Notes: generated from the letters alone by a model not told the origin. Positions 38,626-49,870 are shown, counted from the stretch's first letter. The stretch is 64,000 nt of DNA from an uncultured Pseudomonadota bacterium (GCA_963843375.1 CAWJKT010000001.1:64001-128000); one strand, 5' to 3'. Numbers and translations are program-made.

Positions 38626-39813
38626 ATGATTTATTTCGACCATGCCGCCTCAGCCCCATTGAATGAAAAAGTCCTCGAAGCCATGATGCCTTACCTTCGG
38701 GAGGACTTCGGCAATCCCTCCAGCGTGCACGCCCCGGGCCGGGATGCCCGCAACGCCATTGAGCGGGCGCGGGAAAAAATCGCTGAAACCTTAAACGCCG
38801 ACTCGCGCGAGATCATCTTCACCAGTGGCGGCACGGAAAGCGTGAACACCGTCCACAAAGGCGTCACCTGGGCTTTCCACGGCAAGGCCCGGCACATCAT
38901 TATTTCTTCTATTGAACATCATTGCGTCCTGGAATGTTCCGAGTGGCTGACCAACCAGGGCATCGCGGTGACCGAGATTCCGGTCAATTCGGAAGGTTGG
39001 ATCGATCCCAAGGACGTCCAAAAAGCCATCCGTCCAGGCGAGACGGGGCTTATTTCCATTATGGCCGCCAACAACGAGGTGGGCACCATTGAGCCCTTCC
39101 AGGAGATCGGCCGTATGGCCCGGGAGCAGGGCATCCTCTTCCACACCGACGCCGTCCAGGGCTACGGCAAAATTCCCATTGATGTGCAAAAAGGCCACAT
39201 CGATTTCCTGTCCGTGTCGGGGCATAAAATTTACGGGCCGAAGGGCGCGGGTTTTGTCTATCAACGCAAGGGCCTGGAGATGGTCCCCTTGATCCACGGC
39301 GGGGGACAGGAACGGGATCGACGGGGTGGCACGGAAAACGTGGCGGGTATTGTGGGGCTGGGCGAAGCGGCCCAGCGAATCTGCGGCGAAATCACCGAGC
39401 GGGATCGTCTTCGGATTATGACGGACCTTTTCCTGGAGGATTTGAAAAAAAAATTACCGGAACTCAGGGTGAACGGCCCCGAAAAATCTGACCGGCGGGT
39501 GCCGGGATTACTCAACCTCTCCTTCCCGGGCATTGAGGGAGAGAACCTCGTCCACAGCCTAGACGCAAAAGGCTTTGCGGTTTCCTCTGGGGCGGCTTGC
39601 GCGGCGGGTTCGGCCCCGCCATCCCATGTCCTCATCGCCATGGGACGTTCCCCCAAAGAAGCCAAGCAGGGGTTGCGCTTCAGCTTCGGCCATTCCAATA
39701 CCAGTGACCAAGTCCAGCAATTGGTCCAGGTTCTTCCGTCCATCCTGAATGGCCTGAGAATGATGTCTTCATTTTTGGATGACGACGACGTCAAACCCAA
39801 ATCTCCCAAGTAA
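38626..39813 (+). CDS. iscS: cysteine desulfurase (IscS/NifS group I)
   Basis: IYFDHAA, GNPSS, FTSGGTES, HTDAVQ, PLP-lysine SGHKIYGPKG, catalytic SSGAAC. Confidence 0.9.
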   Translation: MIYFDHAASAPLNEKVLEAMMPYLREDFGNPSSVHAPGRDARNAIERAREKIAETLNADSREIIFTSGGTESVNTVHKGVTWAFHGKARHIIISSIEHHCVLECSEWLTNQGIAVTEIPVNSEGWIDPKDVQKAIRPGETGLISIMAANNEVGTIEPFQEIGRMAREQGILFHTDAVQGYGKIPIDVQKGHIDFLSVSGHKIYGPKGAGFVYQRKGLEMVPLIHGGGQERDRRGGTENVAGIVGLGEAAQRICGEITERDRLRIMTDLFLEDLKKKLPELRVNGPEKSDRRVPGLLNLSFPGIEGENLVHSLDAKGFAVSSGAACAAGSAPPSHVLIAMGRSPKEAKQGLRFSFGHSNTSDQVQQLVQVLPSILNGLRMMSSFLDDDDVKPKSPK

Positions 39814-39976
39814 TCCCTTCTGTGGCAAATAAAAGGGAAAAACCTCTCCCCGGCGCTTTGATTAAAAGAGATAAAAACAGTAGTTCGGGTTAAAATAAGT
39901 CGGCTTTAAACCTTTTGTTTCTGAAAAATCCGTGACTTTAACGCTTTGATCAATCCAATCTCAATGGGAAGAGTTA

Positions 39977-41229
39977 ATGTTCAAAATTAAATGGAAAAGC
40001 ATGTTGCGGATTGCCCTTTGGATGGTCTTACCCTTTGCCGCTAGAGCGCAAAACGGTGTCAGCCCCACGGAAATCCTCTTGGGTCAGTCGGCCGTTTTCA
40101 AGGGACCTGCGGCAGGCTTGGGAACGGAACTCTGGCGGGGCTCCCAGGCTTATTTCGATAAAATCAATTCCGAGGGTGGCGTTAATGGCCGCCAAATCCG
40201 AGTGATCAGCCTGGATGACGGTTACGAAGGGGACACGACCCTTTCCAACACCGTTCAGTTGATCACCCAAGACAAGGTTTTCGCCCTTTTTGGTTACGTG
40301 GGAACTCCCACCCTGTTGAAGGCCCTTCCGGCCATCAAAGAGCATGAGTCGGAGGGGATTTTCCTTTTCTCCGATTTCACCGGTGCCCAGCCCCAACGTG
40401 AAGCTCCCTACGATAAGTTGGTTTTTAACGTGAGGGCTTCCTACCGTCAGGAAACGGCGGCAATCGTGAAGAATTTTGTGAAACTGGGCCTGACAAAAAT
40501 CGGCACCTTCATCCAAAACGACGCCTACGGGAATTCAGGCGCGGACGGTATTAACCGGGCCCTGCAAGCCAGGGGCATGACCATCGTGGCCGAGACCACC
40601 TATGAACGCAACGTCCCCTACAACACCAGTATGGAACAGCAAGTGTCTGCCCTGAAAGCCGCCGGCGGCCGCAAGCGGTCATCGCGGTGGGCGCCTATAA
40701 CCAATGCGCGGCCTTTATCCGCGACGCCCGCAATGCCGACTGGGACGTCCCCATAGCCAATCTCTCCTTTGTCGGAGCCGACCAGCTATTGAGCAAACTG
40801 TTGGTTGAGGAAAAGACCTCGGGCAAAAAGTTGACGGCTCACCTTGTGAACTCCCAGGTAGTTCCGTCCTGGTACGACACCTCCAATCCTTTGGTCCAGG
40901 AATACAGCGCCATGATGGACCTTTACGACCCCAAGCTTCCGGCCAACCTTATGGACCCGAACTACAAACCAGCCAAGTATAGTTTCGGATCCCTGGAAGG
41001 GTATCCTCAACGCGAAGCTTTTCGTGGCCATTCTCAAGAAAACACCGCCCGAACTAACTCGGGAAGCCTTCTTGAAAGCGGCGGAGGAGATGCGGGGCTC
41101 AGGAGATAGGGAACGGGTTCTCCCTTGTCCTTCTCTCCGGCCAACCACCAAGCTTCCAATCAGGTTTTTTTCACCACGGTTCAAAACGGCCAATGGGTGC
41201 CTTTGAAAGATTGGACGGAGGTCCAATAG
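39977..41229 (+). CDS. periplasmic binding protein type 1 (LivJ-like ligand-binding), multiple frameshifts
   Basis: GQSAVFKGP, INSEGGVNGRQI, DDGY, GYVGTPT, NVRASY; continues across frames to SLEGYLNAK...NHQASNQVFFT and the stop at 41229. Confidence 0.85.
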
Positions 41230-41334
41230 ACCCCCGAGCCCGTCCAGTGGGGCTTGAAGGCGGCGGGAGTTAAGAATCCCAACCTTCCGCCAGAAACAAA
41301 GGAAATTTATGCCGGACTCACCGACCCGCAAATC

Positions 41335-43037
41335 ATGAAATTAAAACACCGCCTCGTCCTGAGCGTCGGAAGTTTTTCCGTGACCATGGCCCTCATCGTC
41401 TGCCTGGGGTATTTTTTCGCCACCCGGGCTCGCCCAGAGCCGTCCAGGATATCTACGAGGAAACCAACTCCAAGACCATCATGGCCATCAATCTTTCCAA
41501 CGCCTATTCTCAAAGTATCGTGTCGCTGATCCATAAGCTGGCATTGGGGGTCTATCCCTGGAATCTGGCCGAAAATCAGCTGAGGGCCATCCGCAAGACG
41601 ATCCGCGACAATGTGGAGTCCCTTCAAGCTTCGCCCATGGATTCGGATGAAAAGCAATTGCTGGATGATGTTTCCAGCAAAATGGACTCCGCCAACGCCA
41701 TCGTGAAGGAACTGGAAACCATCATCCGGAAAAAGGACAAGGAAGGTCTGCAATCCCTAACCCAGAGGCTTTATCCCTCGGTCGAGCCCGTGGGCTACAG
41801 CGTCCAGCAGTTCCTGGATTATGAGCTCAACCGCAGCAAGGACTTGGTGGAAAGCCACCGCCGGGACTTCCGGTCCTCTTACTTTTGGATTGCCTCCACC
41901 GCCCTGGTCGCGGCGCTGGTCGTTTCCATCCTGGCGGTTTTACTCCTTCAACATTACATTTCCGGCCCCTTGAGGCAGGTGGCGGACCGCATCCGCAATA
42001 TCGTCAAGGGAAATGGGGACCTGACCCGGCGCGTGGAAGTCCGCAGCGACGATGAAATCGGGGAGGTGGCCAGGGCCTTTAATTCCTTCGCCGATATGCT
42101 CCAGGACATGCTTTTGAAGGTGTCGGAGGATTCCAAGCATCTCTCCGAACAAGTCCAAAGCATGACCCATTCCACCGCCGAAGTTTCGGCCATGAGCGAT
42201 GACGTGACCACCACCATCCAACAAATCGCCAAGGGTGCGGAGGAACAAGCCGTCAAAATCGGCGAGGTCAACCATTTGATGCAGGAAGTGCAGGAAACGA
42301 TGCAGGAAGTGGAAAAGAAGGCCCATGAAACCTCCCAAGCCGTGGACCAGGCCACTCAAACAGCCCGGGTGGGCGGCAATCTGGCCCGGGGCACGATCGA
42401 CAAGATGGTGGAACTAAATGGAATCATCCTCCAAAATTCGAAAATGGTGGGTCATCTGGGCACCAAGAGCAAGGAAGTGGGCGGGGTGGTGGAGATCATT
42501 TCCAATATCGCCGAACAGACCAACCTGCTCTCCCTGAACGCCGCCATCGAAGCGGCCCGGGCCGGGGAACAGGGCCGGGGCTTCGCAGTCGTGGCGGACG
42601 AGATCCGCAACCTGGCGGACGGTTCCCGAAACGCGGTCCAGGACATCACCAACTTGGTCCAGGAAATGCAGGATGAAACCAACGCTGTCATTAAATCCAT
42701 TGAGAAAAGCTCCGCCGAGGCCGAGATCGGCAAGGAAAGCATCCATCAAATGGAAAGCGCGCTGGAAGGGATTGTGACGGTCATCGAAAACGTGGTGGAA
42801 CACAGTAAAAGCATCAACCAAATGATCAAGGCCCAGTCCCAGCGGTTCACCAAGATCGTCCACAGCATCCAGGACATCAACGCGGTTTCCGAGGAATCGG
42901 CCGCTTCCACCGAGGAAGTTTCGGCCTCCACTGAGGAACAATCGGCCAGCATGGAGCAGGTCAACGCCACTTTCAAGGAACTGTCGGCGATGTCCCAGGA
43001 ATTGAAATCCATGGTGGAAAAGTTTAAGATTCGCTGA
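41335..43037 (+). CDS. methyl-accepting chemotaxis protein (helical sensor domain, HAMP, signalling domain); 5' end frameshifted
   Basis: TM1 near 41350, TM2 ([21 protein letters not shown]), HAMP (GDLTRRV...DEIGEV), [37 protein letters not shown]. Confidence 0.93.
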
Positions 43038-43117
43038 CGAAAAACCGCCCCCGGCGGTACTCGTCAACGCCTTCTCCCTGTTATTCAATGTCATCAATTC
43101 AATTTAAGGAGCCTTTC

Positions 43118-44433
43118 ATGACCTCGCCGCTTTCGTTGGACCTATCTTATATTTCTGACCTGGTTTCCGAATCGGATATCGCTGCCCTTTCGCCTCGGGT
43201 GGAGAAAGCCATCAAGTCGCTCTTGGAAAAAACAGGACGGGGGTCCGATTACCTGGGCTGGATCGACCTGCCCTTTGAGGCGCAAAAGCAGCTGGCGGAT
43301 TTGAATAAGGCCGTGAAACCATTCACCTCCTGCGAGTCAGTGGTGTCGGTTGGAATAGGAGGTTCCTACCTGGGCATCAAGGCCACTATCGAAGCCTTGG
43401 GCGGATCGGATAAGATTCATTACGCAGGCAATCATCTCTCGCCCACCGCCTTTCAAAAATTAATGAAGGACTTGAACCCGAAGAAAACGGGCATCGTGGT
43501 CATTTCCAAATCCGGCACCACCACCGAACCGGCGGTGGCTTTTCGCGTCTTGAAAACCTGGGTGGAAAAGGCCGTGGGGAAAAAGAAAGCGGCCAAACGC
43601 ATCGTGGCCGTGACAGACCAGTCCAAGGGCGCCCTCAAGGGGCATGGCGGACGCGGAAGGTTACAAGACCTTCGTGATCCCCGATGACGTGGGGGGGCGT
43701 TACTCGGTGCTGACGCCGGTGGGGCTGCTTCCCATCGCCGTGGCGGGTTTCGACATCGGCAAGATCTTGAAAGGCGCGCAGGACGCCGCCAAGGAAATGA
43801 AATCCCCCAGCTTGTCCGTGAACCTCTCGGCCCGTTACGCGGCGGCCCGGTACATTCTTTCCCAAAAAGGAAAGGTCACCGAGGTCCTGGCCAATTTCCG
43901 GCCCGAACTGCATTACGTGAGCGAATGGTGGAAGCAGCTTTACGGGGAGTCCGAGGGCAAGGAAGGAAAGGGTCTTTTCCCCGCCAGCGTGGATTTAACG
44001 ACGGACCTGCACAGCATGGGACAGTACCTTCAAGAGGGTCAGCGCAATTTGCTGGAGACCATCCTGTGGGTGACCCACGAGGACAAAGACATCGCAATCC
44101 CCAAGGACAAGGACGACCGCGAGGGCTTGAATTTTCTGGCGGGCAAAAAACTTTCCTGGGTGAACGAGCAGGCCATGAAGGCCACGGCCCTGGCCCACCG
44201 GGATGGGGGGCTTCCCGTGATCCGCCTGACCCTGGATGAGCTTTCCGAATACTCTCTCGGGTTACCTTTATTATTTCTTCGAAATGGCCTGCGGCATTTC
44301 GGGAAGGCTCTTGGGCATCAATCCCTTCGACCAGCCGGGTGTGGAGGCTTACAAGAAAAACATGTTCGCGCTTTTGGGTAAAAAAGGTTTCGAGTCCCTC
44401 GCGGCGGAATTAAAAGGGAAGGGAGTCGATTGA
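43118..44433 (+). CDS. pgi: glucose-6-phosphate isomerase, two +1 frameshifts (near 43640 and 44260)
   Basis: [64 protein letters not shown]; removing 2 nt gives 437 aa. Confidence 0.93.
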
Positions 44434-44451
44434 AGACTAAGAAAAACGGAT

Positions 44452-44583
44452 TGAATCACGAAGCGCCCCAAGGACACCAAGGGAACCAAAAGGTATAGGA
44501 AGTGTTAAGAAAGAATAAATGTATAAATGTTTTCGATGGTTTCTGTTGTCTTTTTTGGTGAACTTTGCGTCCTAAGTGGTTCA
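44452..44583. repeat. degenerate REP-like inverted repeat built from CAC(C/G)AAG-type units
   Basis: Left arm TGAATCACGAAG-CGCCCCAAG-GACACCAAG-GGAACCAAAAG; reverse complement of the right arm TGAACCACTTAG-GACGCAAAG-TTCACCAAAAAAG; AT-rich loop. Confidence 0.55.
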
Positions 44584-44627
44584 AATTCGGTTTGGTTTGA
44601 ATTTGTAGAAAAAATATAATAATTCCT

Positions 44628-44656
44628 TTGACAGCCTACCCCTGGGGGTATATAAA
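44628..44656 (+). promoter_or_regulatory. sigma70 promoter of nrdJ with a palindrome in the spacer
   Basis: TTGACA-N17-TATAAA; spacer contains TACCCC-TG-GGGGTA (44637-44650). Confidence 0.7.
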
Positions 44657-44664
44657 CGGATCGT

Positions 44665-44680
44665 TAACTAAATATGGTGT
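44665..44680 (+). promoter_or_regulatory. putative NrdR box
   Basis: TAACTAAATATGGTGT resembles the NrdR consensus acaCwAtATaTwGtgt and lies just downstream of the -10 of an RNR gene; weaker copy TAACCTTATTTGGTCG 30 nt downstream. Confidence 0.6.
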
Positions 44681-44926
44681 TAAACAACTTATTTTAACCT
44701 TATTTGGTCGGCCTTTTTGGTGTGAATGGGGAAGAAGTTCAAGCGCCAAAAAAGGGGGGATTTTAACCGGGGGATCCGTCCGTTTCGCCTCAACTACTAT
44801 TCGCCTGCTCCATACGACTTCAAAAACGATATCCACGACAACCCATGGTTCCCACACTAAGTTAACCCTAAGTTAACTTTAGGCGGGAATTGTTGGCTCA
44901 AAACATATTCAGTTAAAGGAGGATGC

Positions 44927-47697
44927 ATGTCCAAGCCTGTACAGCCGAGCGCCGCGACTCAATCATTTCGTGAGGCCCAATACTTTCACTCGTGAGGGCG
45001 GCCTAAAGATCAAGCGTTACTTCACCAAGAAGGGTGTACATCCCTTCGACGACGTGGAATGGGAACTGCGTTCCGCCTCCATCACCGACGAAAAAGGGAA
45101 AGTGATTTTTGAACAAAAGGATGTCGAAGTTCCCAAAACCTGGTCCCAGACGGCCACCAACATCGTGGTCTCCAAATATTTCCACGGGGTCATGGGCACC
45201 GAAAAGCGTGAACGCTCCGTCAAGCAACTCATCCGCCGCGTCGCCGATACCATCGCCGAATGGGGCAAGGACATGGGCTACTTCGCCTCCGACGACGACG
45301 CCGAGATTTTCCATAACGAACTCCTGCACCTTCTCGTGCACCAGAAGATGGCTTTCAACTCCCCCGTTTGGTTCAACGTCGGCATCGAACCCCGTCCCCA
45401 GTGTTCCGCCTGCTTCATCAACTCCGTTTCCGACAACATGGAATCCATTCTTGATCTCGCCAAGACCGAGGGCATGCTCTTCAAGTTCGGCTCGGGCACG
45501 GGCACCAACTTTCTCATCCCTTCGCGCCAGCAAGGAGAAGCTTTCGGGCGGCGGCACGGCCTCCGGCCCGGTTTCTTTCCTAAAGGGTTTCGACAGCTTC
45601 GCGGGCGTCATCAAGTCGGGCGGGCGCACGCGCCGCGCGGCCAAGATGGTCATCCTGGACGCCGACCATCCGGATATCGTGGAATTCATCAAGTGCAAAT
45701 CGGAAGAGGAAAAGAAAGCCTGGGCCCTCATCGAGGCTGGCTATGACGGCGGGTTCAACGTTCCAGGCGGAGCCTATGACTCCGTCCAGTTCCAGAACGC
45801 CAATCACTCCATTCGCGTCACCGACGAGTTCATGAACGCCGCCGCCAACGATGGCGCCTGGACCACCAAGGCGCGTAAAGACGGCAAGGCCATGGATACC
45901 TACAAGGCGAAGGAACTGCTTCGCATGATCGCCGAATCCACCTGGATCTGCGGCGACCCGGGCATGCAGTACGACACCATCATCAACAAGTGGCACACCA
46001 GTTCCAATACGGCGCGCATCAATTCCTCCAACCCTTGCTCGGAGTACATGTACCTGGACGATTCGGCCTGTAACCTGGCGTCGCTGAACCTCATGAAGTT
46101 CCGCAACGCCGATGACGAGTTCGACATCGAGGCCTTCCGGCACGCGGTGGATATCACCATCCTAGCGCAGGAAATTACGGTGGATAACGCCAGCTACCCC
46201 ACCAAGCCCATCGAGCGAAACAGCCACGACTACCGGCCCTTGGGTTTAGGTTACGCCAACTTGGGCGCCCTTCTCATGTCGAGGGGCCTACCTTACGACG
46301 GCGACGAAGGCCGCAATTACGCCGCCGCCATCACCGCTCTCATGCAAGGCGAGGCCAATCTCATGTCGTCCAAGATCGCCAAGGAAGTGGGTCCTTTCGC
46401 CGGCTATGCCCGCAATGAAGAGCCCATGCTCAATGTCATGAAGATGCACCAAACCGAGGCCGCCAAGATCAAGCGCGAGGGCGTCACCGACGAACTTTTC
46501 ATTGCCTCCCAGCATGTCTGGAAGGAAGTCCAAACCCACGGGAAAGAATGGGGTTTCCGCAACGGCCAAGTGACGGTTTTGGCCCCCACGGGCACCATCG
46601 GGTTCCTCATGGATTGCGATACCACCGGCGTGGAGCCGGATATCGCCCTGGTGAAATACAAGAAGTTGGTGGGCGGAGGGGTCATCAAGATCGTCAACCA
46701 GACCGTTCCCGCGGCCCTGAAGAACCTCAAATATTCGGAAAGCCAGGTGAAGGACATCTTGGCTTATATCGAGGCCCACGACACCATCGAGGGCGCCCCG
46801 CACCTGAAATCCGAGCACCTGCCGGTGTTCGACTGCGCTTTCAAGCCCATGAACGGTACCCGTTCGATCCACTATATGGGCCACGTGCGCATGATGGGGG
46901 CGGTCCAGCCCTTCCTGTCGGGGGCCATCTCCAAGACGGTCAACCTGCCCCATGAAGCCACCGTGGAAGATATTATGCAGGCCTATATCGAATCCTGGAA
47001 ACTGGGCCTCAAGGCCGTCGCCATCTACCGGGACGGCTGCAAGCGGTCCCAGCCCCTCTCCACCACTATGGACGGGGAGAAACTCAAGGTTGCCAAGCCC
47101 ATCCGTCGCCGCTTGCCCGACGAGCGGGAAGCCATCACCCACAAATTCTCCATCGCCGGCCACGAAGGCTACATAACCGTGGGCAAGTTTGAGGACGGGA
47201 CTCCGGGCGAGCTTTTCATCACCATGTCAAAGGAAGGATCCACGGTCTCCGGGCTTATGGACTCCTTTGCCACCGGCATATCTCTAGCGCTGCAGTACGG
47301 CGTGCCGTTGAAGGTGTTGGTGAACAAGTTCAGCCATAGCCGCTACGAGCCCTCCGGCATCACCAACAATCCGGAAGTGCGCTTCGCCAAGTCCATCACC
47401 GATTATATCTTCCGCTGGTTGGCCCTGAAGTTTCTGCCTGCGGGCGAGCGCGGCGCGGCGGAAGCCGCGGACGGATTAGAATCCACCCATGCGGCTAAGG
47501 TGACGGCCTCTGCTCCGCCCGCGGTACAGTTGCCCCTGAAGCCGCTGGAGGAGCTTTCCTCCAACGAGAAGAGGGAAAAGGGCGTGTTCGTGACCCAGGC
47601 GGACGCTCCGCCCTGTCCCGAATGCGGAACGATCATGGTGCGCAACGCGGCATGTTATAAGTGCCTGAACTGTGGTTCCACCAGCGGATGCTCCTGA
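44927..47697 (+). CDS. nrdJ: vitamin B12-dependent (class II) ribonucleotide reductase, two +1 frameshifts (near 44965 and 45511)
   Basis: AFNSPVWFNVG, QCSACFI, KSGGRTRRAAKM, NPCSEY, APTGTIG, ISKTVN; C-terminal TSCPD-like domain and CPECG...CLNCGSTSGCS; AAGGAGG RBS before ATG 44927; removing 2 nt gives 922 aa. Confidence 0.95.
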
Positions 47698-47770
47698 TTT
47701 TTTAGGAGCGCCGTTCGCTGTTGACGAAATTGTCCCTCATGCAATGAGGGGCAACCTAAAGTTAGGCCGA

Positions 47771-47805
47771 GCCCCGTTCTCTTCATTGAGGGCGGGTTTT
47801 TTTTT
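47771..47805 (+). terminator. intrinsic terminator after nrdJ
   Basis: CCCGTTCTC-TTCATT-GAGGGCGGG stem followed by a T-run. Confidence 0.8.
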
Positions 47806-47883
47806 AGGCGAGAATCTTTGAAAATGGAATTAGCAAAAGAGGGAAAAGGTGTCTTTAAACCCTGCAATCAATTGGGCCGGGCC

Positions 47884-48393
47884 TCAAGGCTCTTTGGGCG
47901 CCGGAGGAACCTTCCGTGTGGCCAATTGAACAGCGGCGCCAGCCAAACCCAAGGCCAAGGCTCCCAACCCCACATAACGTCCTGAGAAGAGACAGCCCAG
48001 GAGGGTGTCCAAAGAAAAACGTCCAGGCCCGATAAAAGCCAGGCTTAAAGCCGAAAATCCCAATACAACATTGAATTCATATCCGCGGTTCTGGATGAAG
48101 AAACCGAATTTGAGGTGTGAGCTCACGGCCGCCACTACCATGACGGAGAAAACCAGCATGCCCCCCACCGGCGTCGCCAAGCCAAGGGCCAGCAACAGCC
48201 CGCCCCCGGCCTCCGTTAACCCTGCCATGAGGGCGTTTCGCTTGCCCGGAACAAAGCCAACGGTTTCCAGGAATTTCCCGGTCCCTTCCAGACCATGGCC
48301 TCCGAACCAGCCGAATAATTTCTGCAGGCCGTGAGCCGCCATCGTCAAGCCAATCACCAGCCGAAGCATCAGTAATCCGATACCCATTCGCAT
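47884..48393 (-). CDS. DoxX-family membrane protein
   Basis: LRLVIGLTMAAHGLQKLFGWFGG, EAGGG, GYEF, GPGRFSLD. Confidence 0.92.
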   Translation of the reverse strand: MRMGIGLLMLRLVIGLTMAAHGLQKLFGWFGGHGLEGTGKFLETVGFVPGKRNALMAGLTEAGGGLLLALGLATPVGGMLVFSVMVVAAVSSHLKFGFFIQNRGYEFNVVLGFSALSLAFIGPGRFSLDTLLGCLFSGRYVGLGALALGLAGAAVQLATRKVPPAPKEP

Positions 48394-48440
48394 CCTCCTC
48401 GTTGAAATTAAAATTTCAAGTTTGTATGATCACATTAGGG

Positions 48441-48487
48441 AGTAGGTATTTAATTCGCAAGTAGATACAAAAAGGATAGGTAGGCAC
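48441..48487. promoter_or_regulatory. three phased direct repeats, probable HxlR-family operator
   Basis: AGTAGGTAT (48441), AGTAGATAC (48460), GGTAGGCAC (48479), exactly 19 nt apart, between the divergent doxX and HxlR genes. Confidence 0.5.
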
Positions 48488-48491
48488 AAAA

Positions 48492-48944
48492 ATGAAACCA
48501 GTCCGCTCCGGCAAGGTCATCCCGTTGAAAAGTGAGAAAAAACCCCTCCGATTCACTGTCGGGGGCTGCCCAAAGGAAGCCAAACTGGAAAACGCATCCG
48601 TAATCGAGAATGTCCTCAAAGTGATCGGAGGCAAATGGAAGGTGCTCATCGTTTTCCACCTGGCCCATAATGATGTTGTCCGTTTTGGGCAACTGAGGCG
48701 GAAGATCCCCGGGGTAACCCAAAGGATACTTACGAACCAGCTTCGGGAAATGGAGGCGGATGGCCTGATCCTGCGCAAGGTCTACGCCGAAGTGCCCCCC
48801 AAGGTGGAATATTCCTTGAGCGAGGCGGGCCGGGAACTCAAGGCGGTCTATACCGAAATGCGGAAATGGGGGGATAAAAACTCCCAACTTTTGGCCAGGG
48901 CCCAGAAGGCGCACGAGGCGGAATTTAAGGTTTCTCAAGCCTGA
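48492..48944 (+). CDS. HxlR-family winged-helix transcriptional regulator
   Basis: VIGGKWKVLI, RFGQLRRKIPGVTQRILTNQLREME, YAEVPPKVEYSL. Confidence 0.93.
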   Translation: MKPVRSGKVIPLKSEKKPLRFTVGGCPKEAKLENASVIENVLKVIGGKWKVLIVFHLAHNDVVRFGQLRRKIPGVTQRILTNQLREMEADGLILRKVYAEVPPKVEYSLSEAGRELKAVYTEMRKWGDKNSQLLARAQKAHEAEFKVSQA

Positions 48945-48987
48945 AAAAAGTGACAAGGCTCCAGGCCTCGCTAGGCGAACCGGGGAA

Positions 48988-49870
48988 ATGAAAATGTTAA
49001 TCAAGAAATCAGTGGCCTTTTGGACCCTGTTCCTACTACCGGGGTCTTTGGGCTATTGTGATATGAAGCGTCCTTATCCGGGTATGCCCAATACGGTTTA
49101 CATGTGTGTGGTCGACCAAAGCCCGCCTATCTCCGGGATTGGCCTGGCGGGTTTTATGAAATCCCCGATACGAATGTGCTTATTTCCAACGTTTTGGGCG
49201 ATGACTCTACGGTTGGGTCATCCGTCCTTTTTGGAATGATAGGGCATGAAATAGCGGGAGGGGGAATCGCAGAAGCTTCCCAGAAAAAAACACAAGGATT
49301 GGAGAAGGATTTGGCCAGGACCTTCCAGCCATGGCCAAGGATTGCATCCAAAATGAATTCAACCAATTCAAAGATAAGGGCCAGATTAAATACAGCGATA
49401 AACCGGAGGAAAGCGAAATTCAAATCACGCCCTATACGGTTTTCAATTTCGTGAATGAAAACCAAAGTCAACTTTGGACACTACTTAAACTGGAATTAAA
49501 TCCGGCCAACCATAATTTTGACGGCTGGAAGTGCCGTTATATTGTCGGCCTTGGGCAGTCCCGCCCCATGACGGGCGAAGGAGGATGGACCACGGATCAG
49601 GAAAAAATTCTCAAACGTGATTTGAATTACAACTTCCAAGTGGCCGCTTGGGTGATGTTGAGGGATATTCTGGGAAAGCTTCGCCAAGAAAAAGTTCCGA
49701 CCCAAAAGTTATCCGGTAGGTGGGTATTTTATAATGATTATCACGAGGCCAACGTCAAGGTTCTGGAAAAAACCGAAAATTGGGATGTGGTTCTTCCCAT
49801 GGTCGACGACGATGAACATTTCGCCGGGATCAACGTTCTTCGCAAGGATTTTGCCATCCCAAATCCTTAA
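48988..49870 (+). CDS. secreted hypothetical protein, two -1 frameshifts (near 49118 and 49329)
   Basis: Three overlapping same-strand ORFs join into about 294 aa with a signal peptide. Confidence 0.55.

Noticed and set aside
45109..45510. N-terminal 134 aa of the 862-aa ORF in the track
   Set aside because: Out-of-frame read-through; the real NrdJ N-terminus lies in the 44970 frame up to the indel near 45511.
43118..47697. Programmed frameshifting or true pseudogenes for pgi and nrdJ
   Set aside because: No slippery heptamers with stimulatory structures were evident, unrelated neighbours show the same indel pattern, and active-site motifs are intact; sequencing error is more parsimonious.
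44927..47697. Intein or intron in nrdJ
   Set aside because: The corrected length is about 922 aa with continuous RNR motifs; no intein termini or endonuclease motifs seen.
44874..47764. 10-bp inverted match flanking nrdJ (TAACTTTAGG / CCTAAAGTTA)
   Set aside because: Too short, no target-site duplication and no transposase; compatible with chance.
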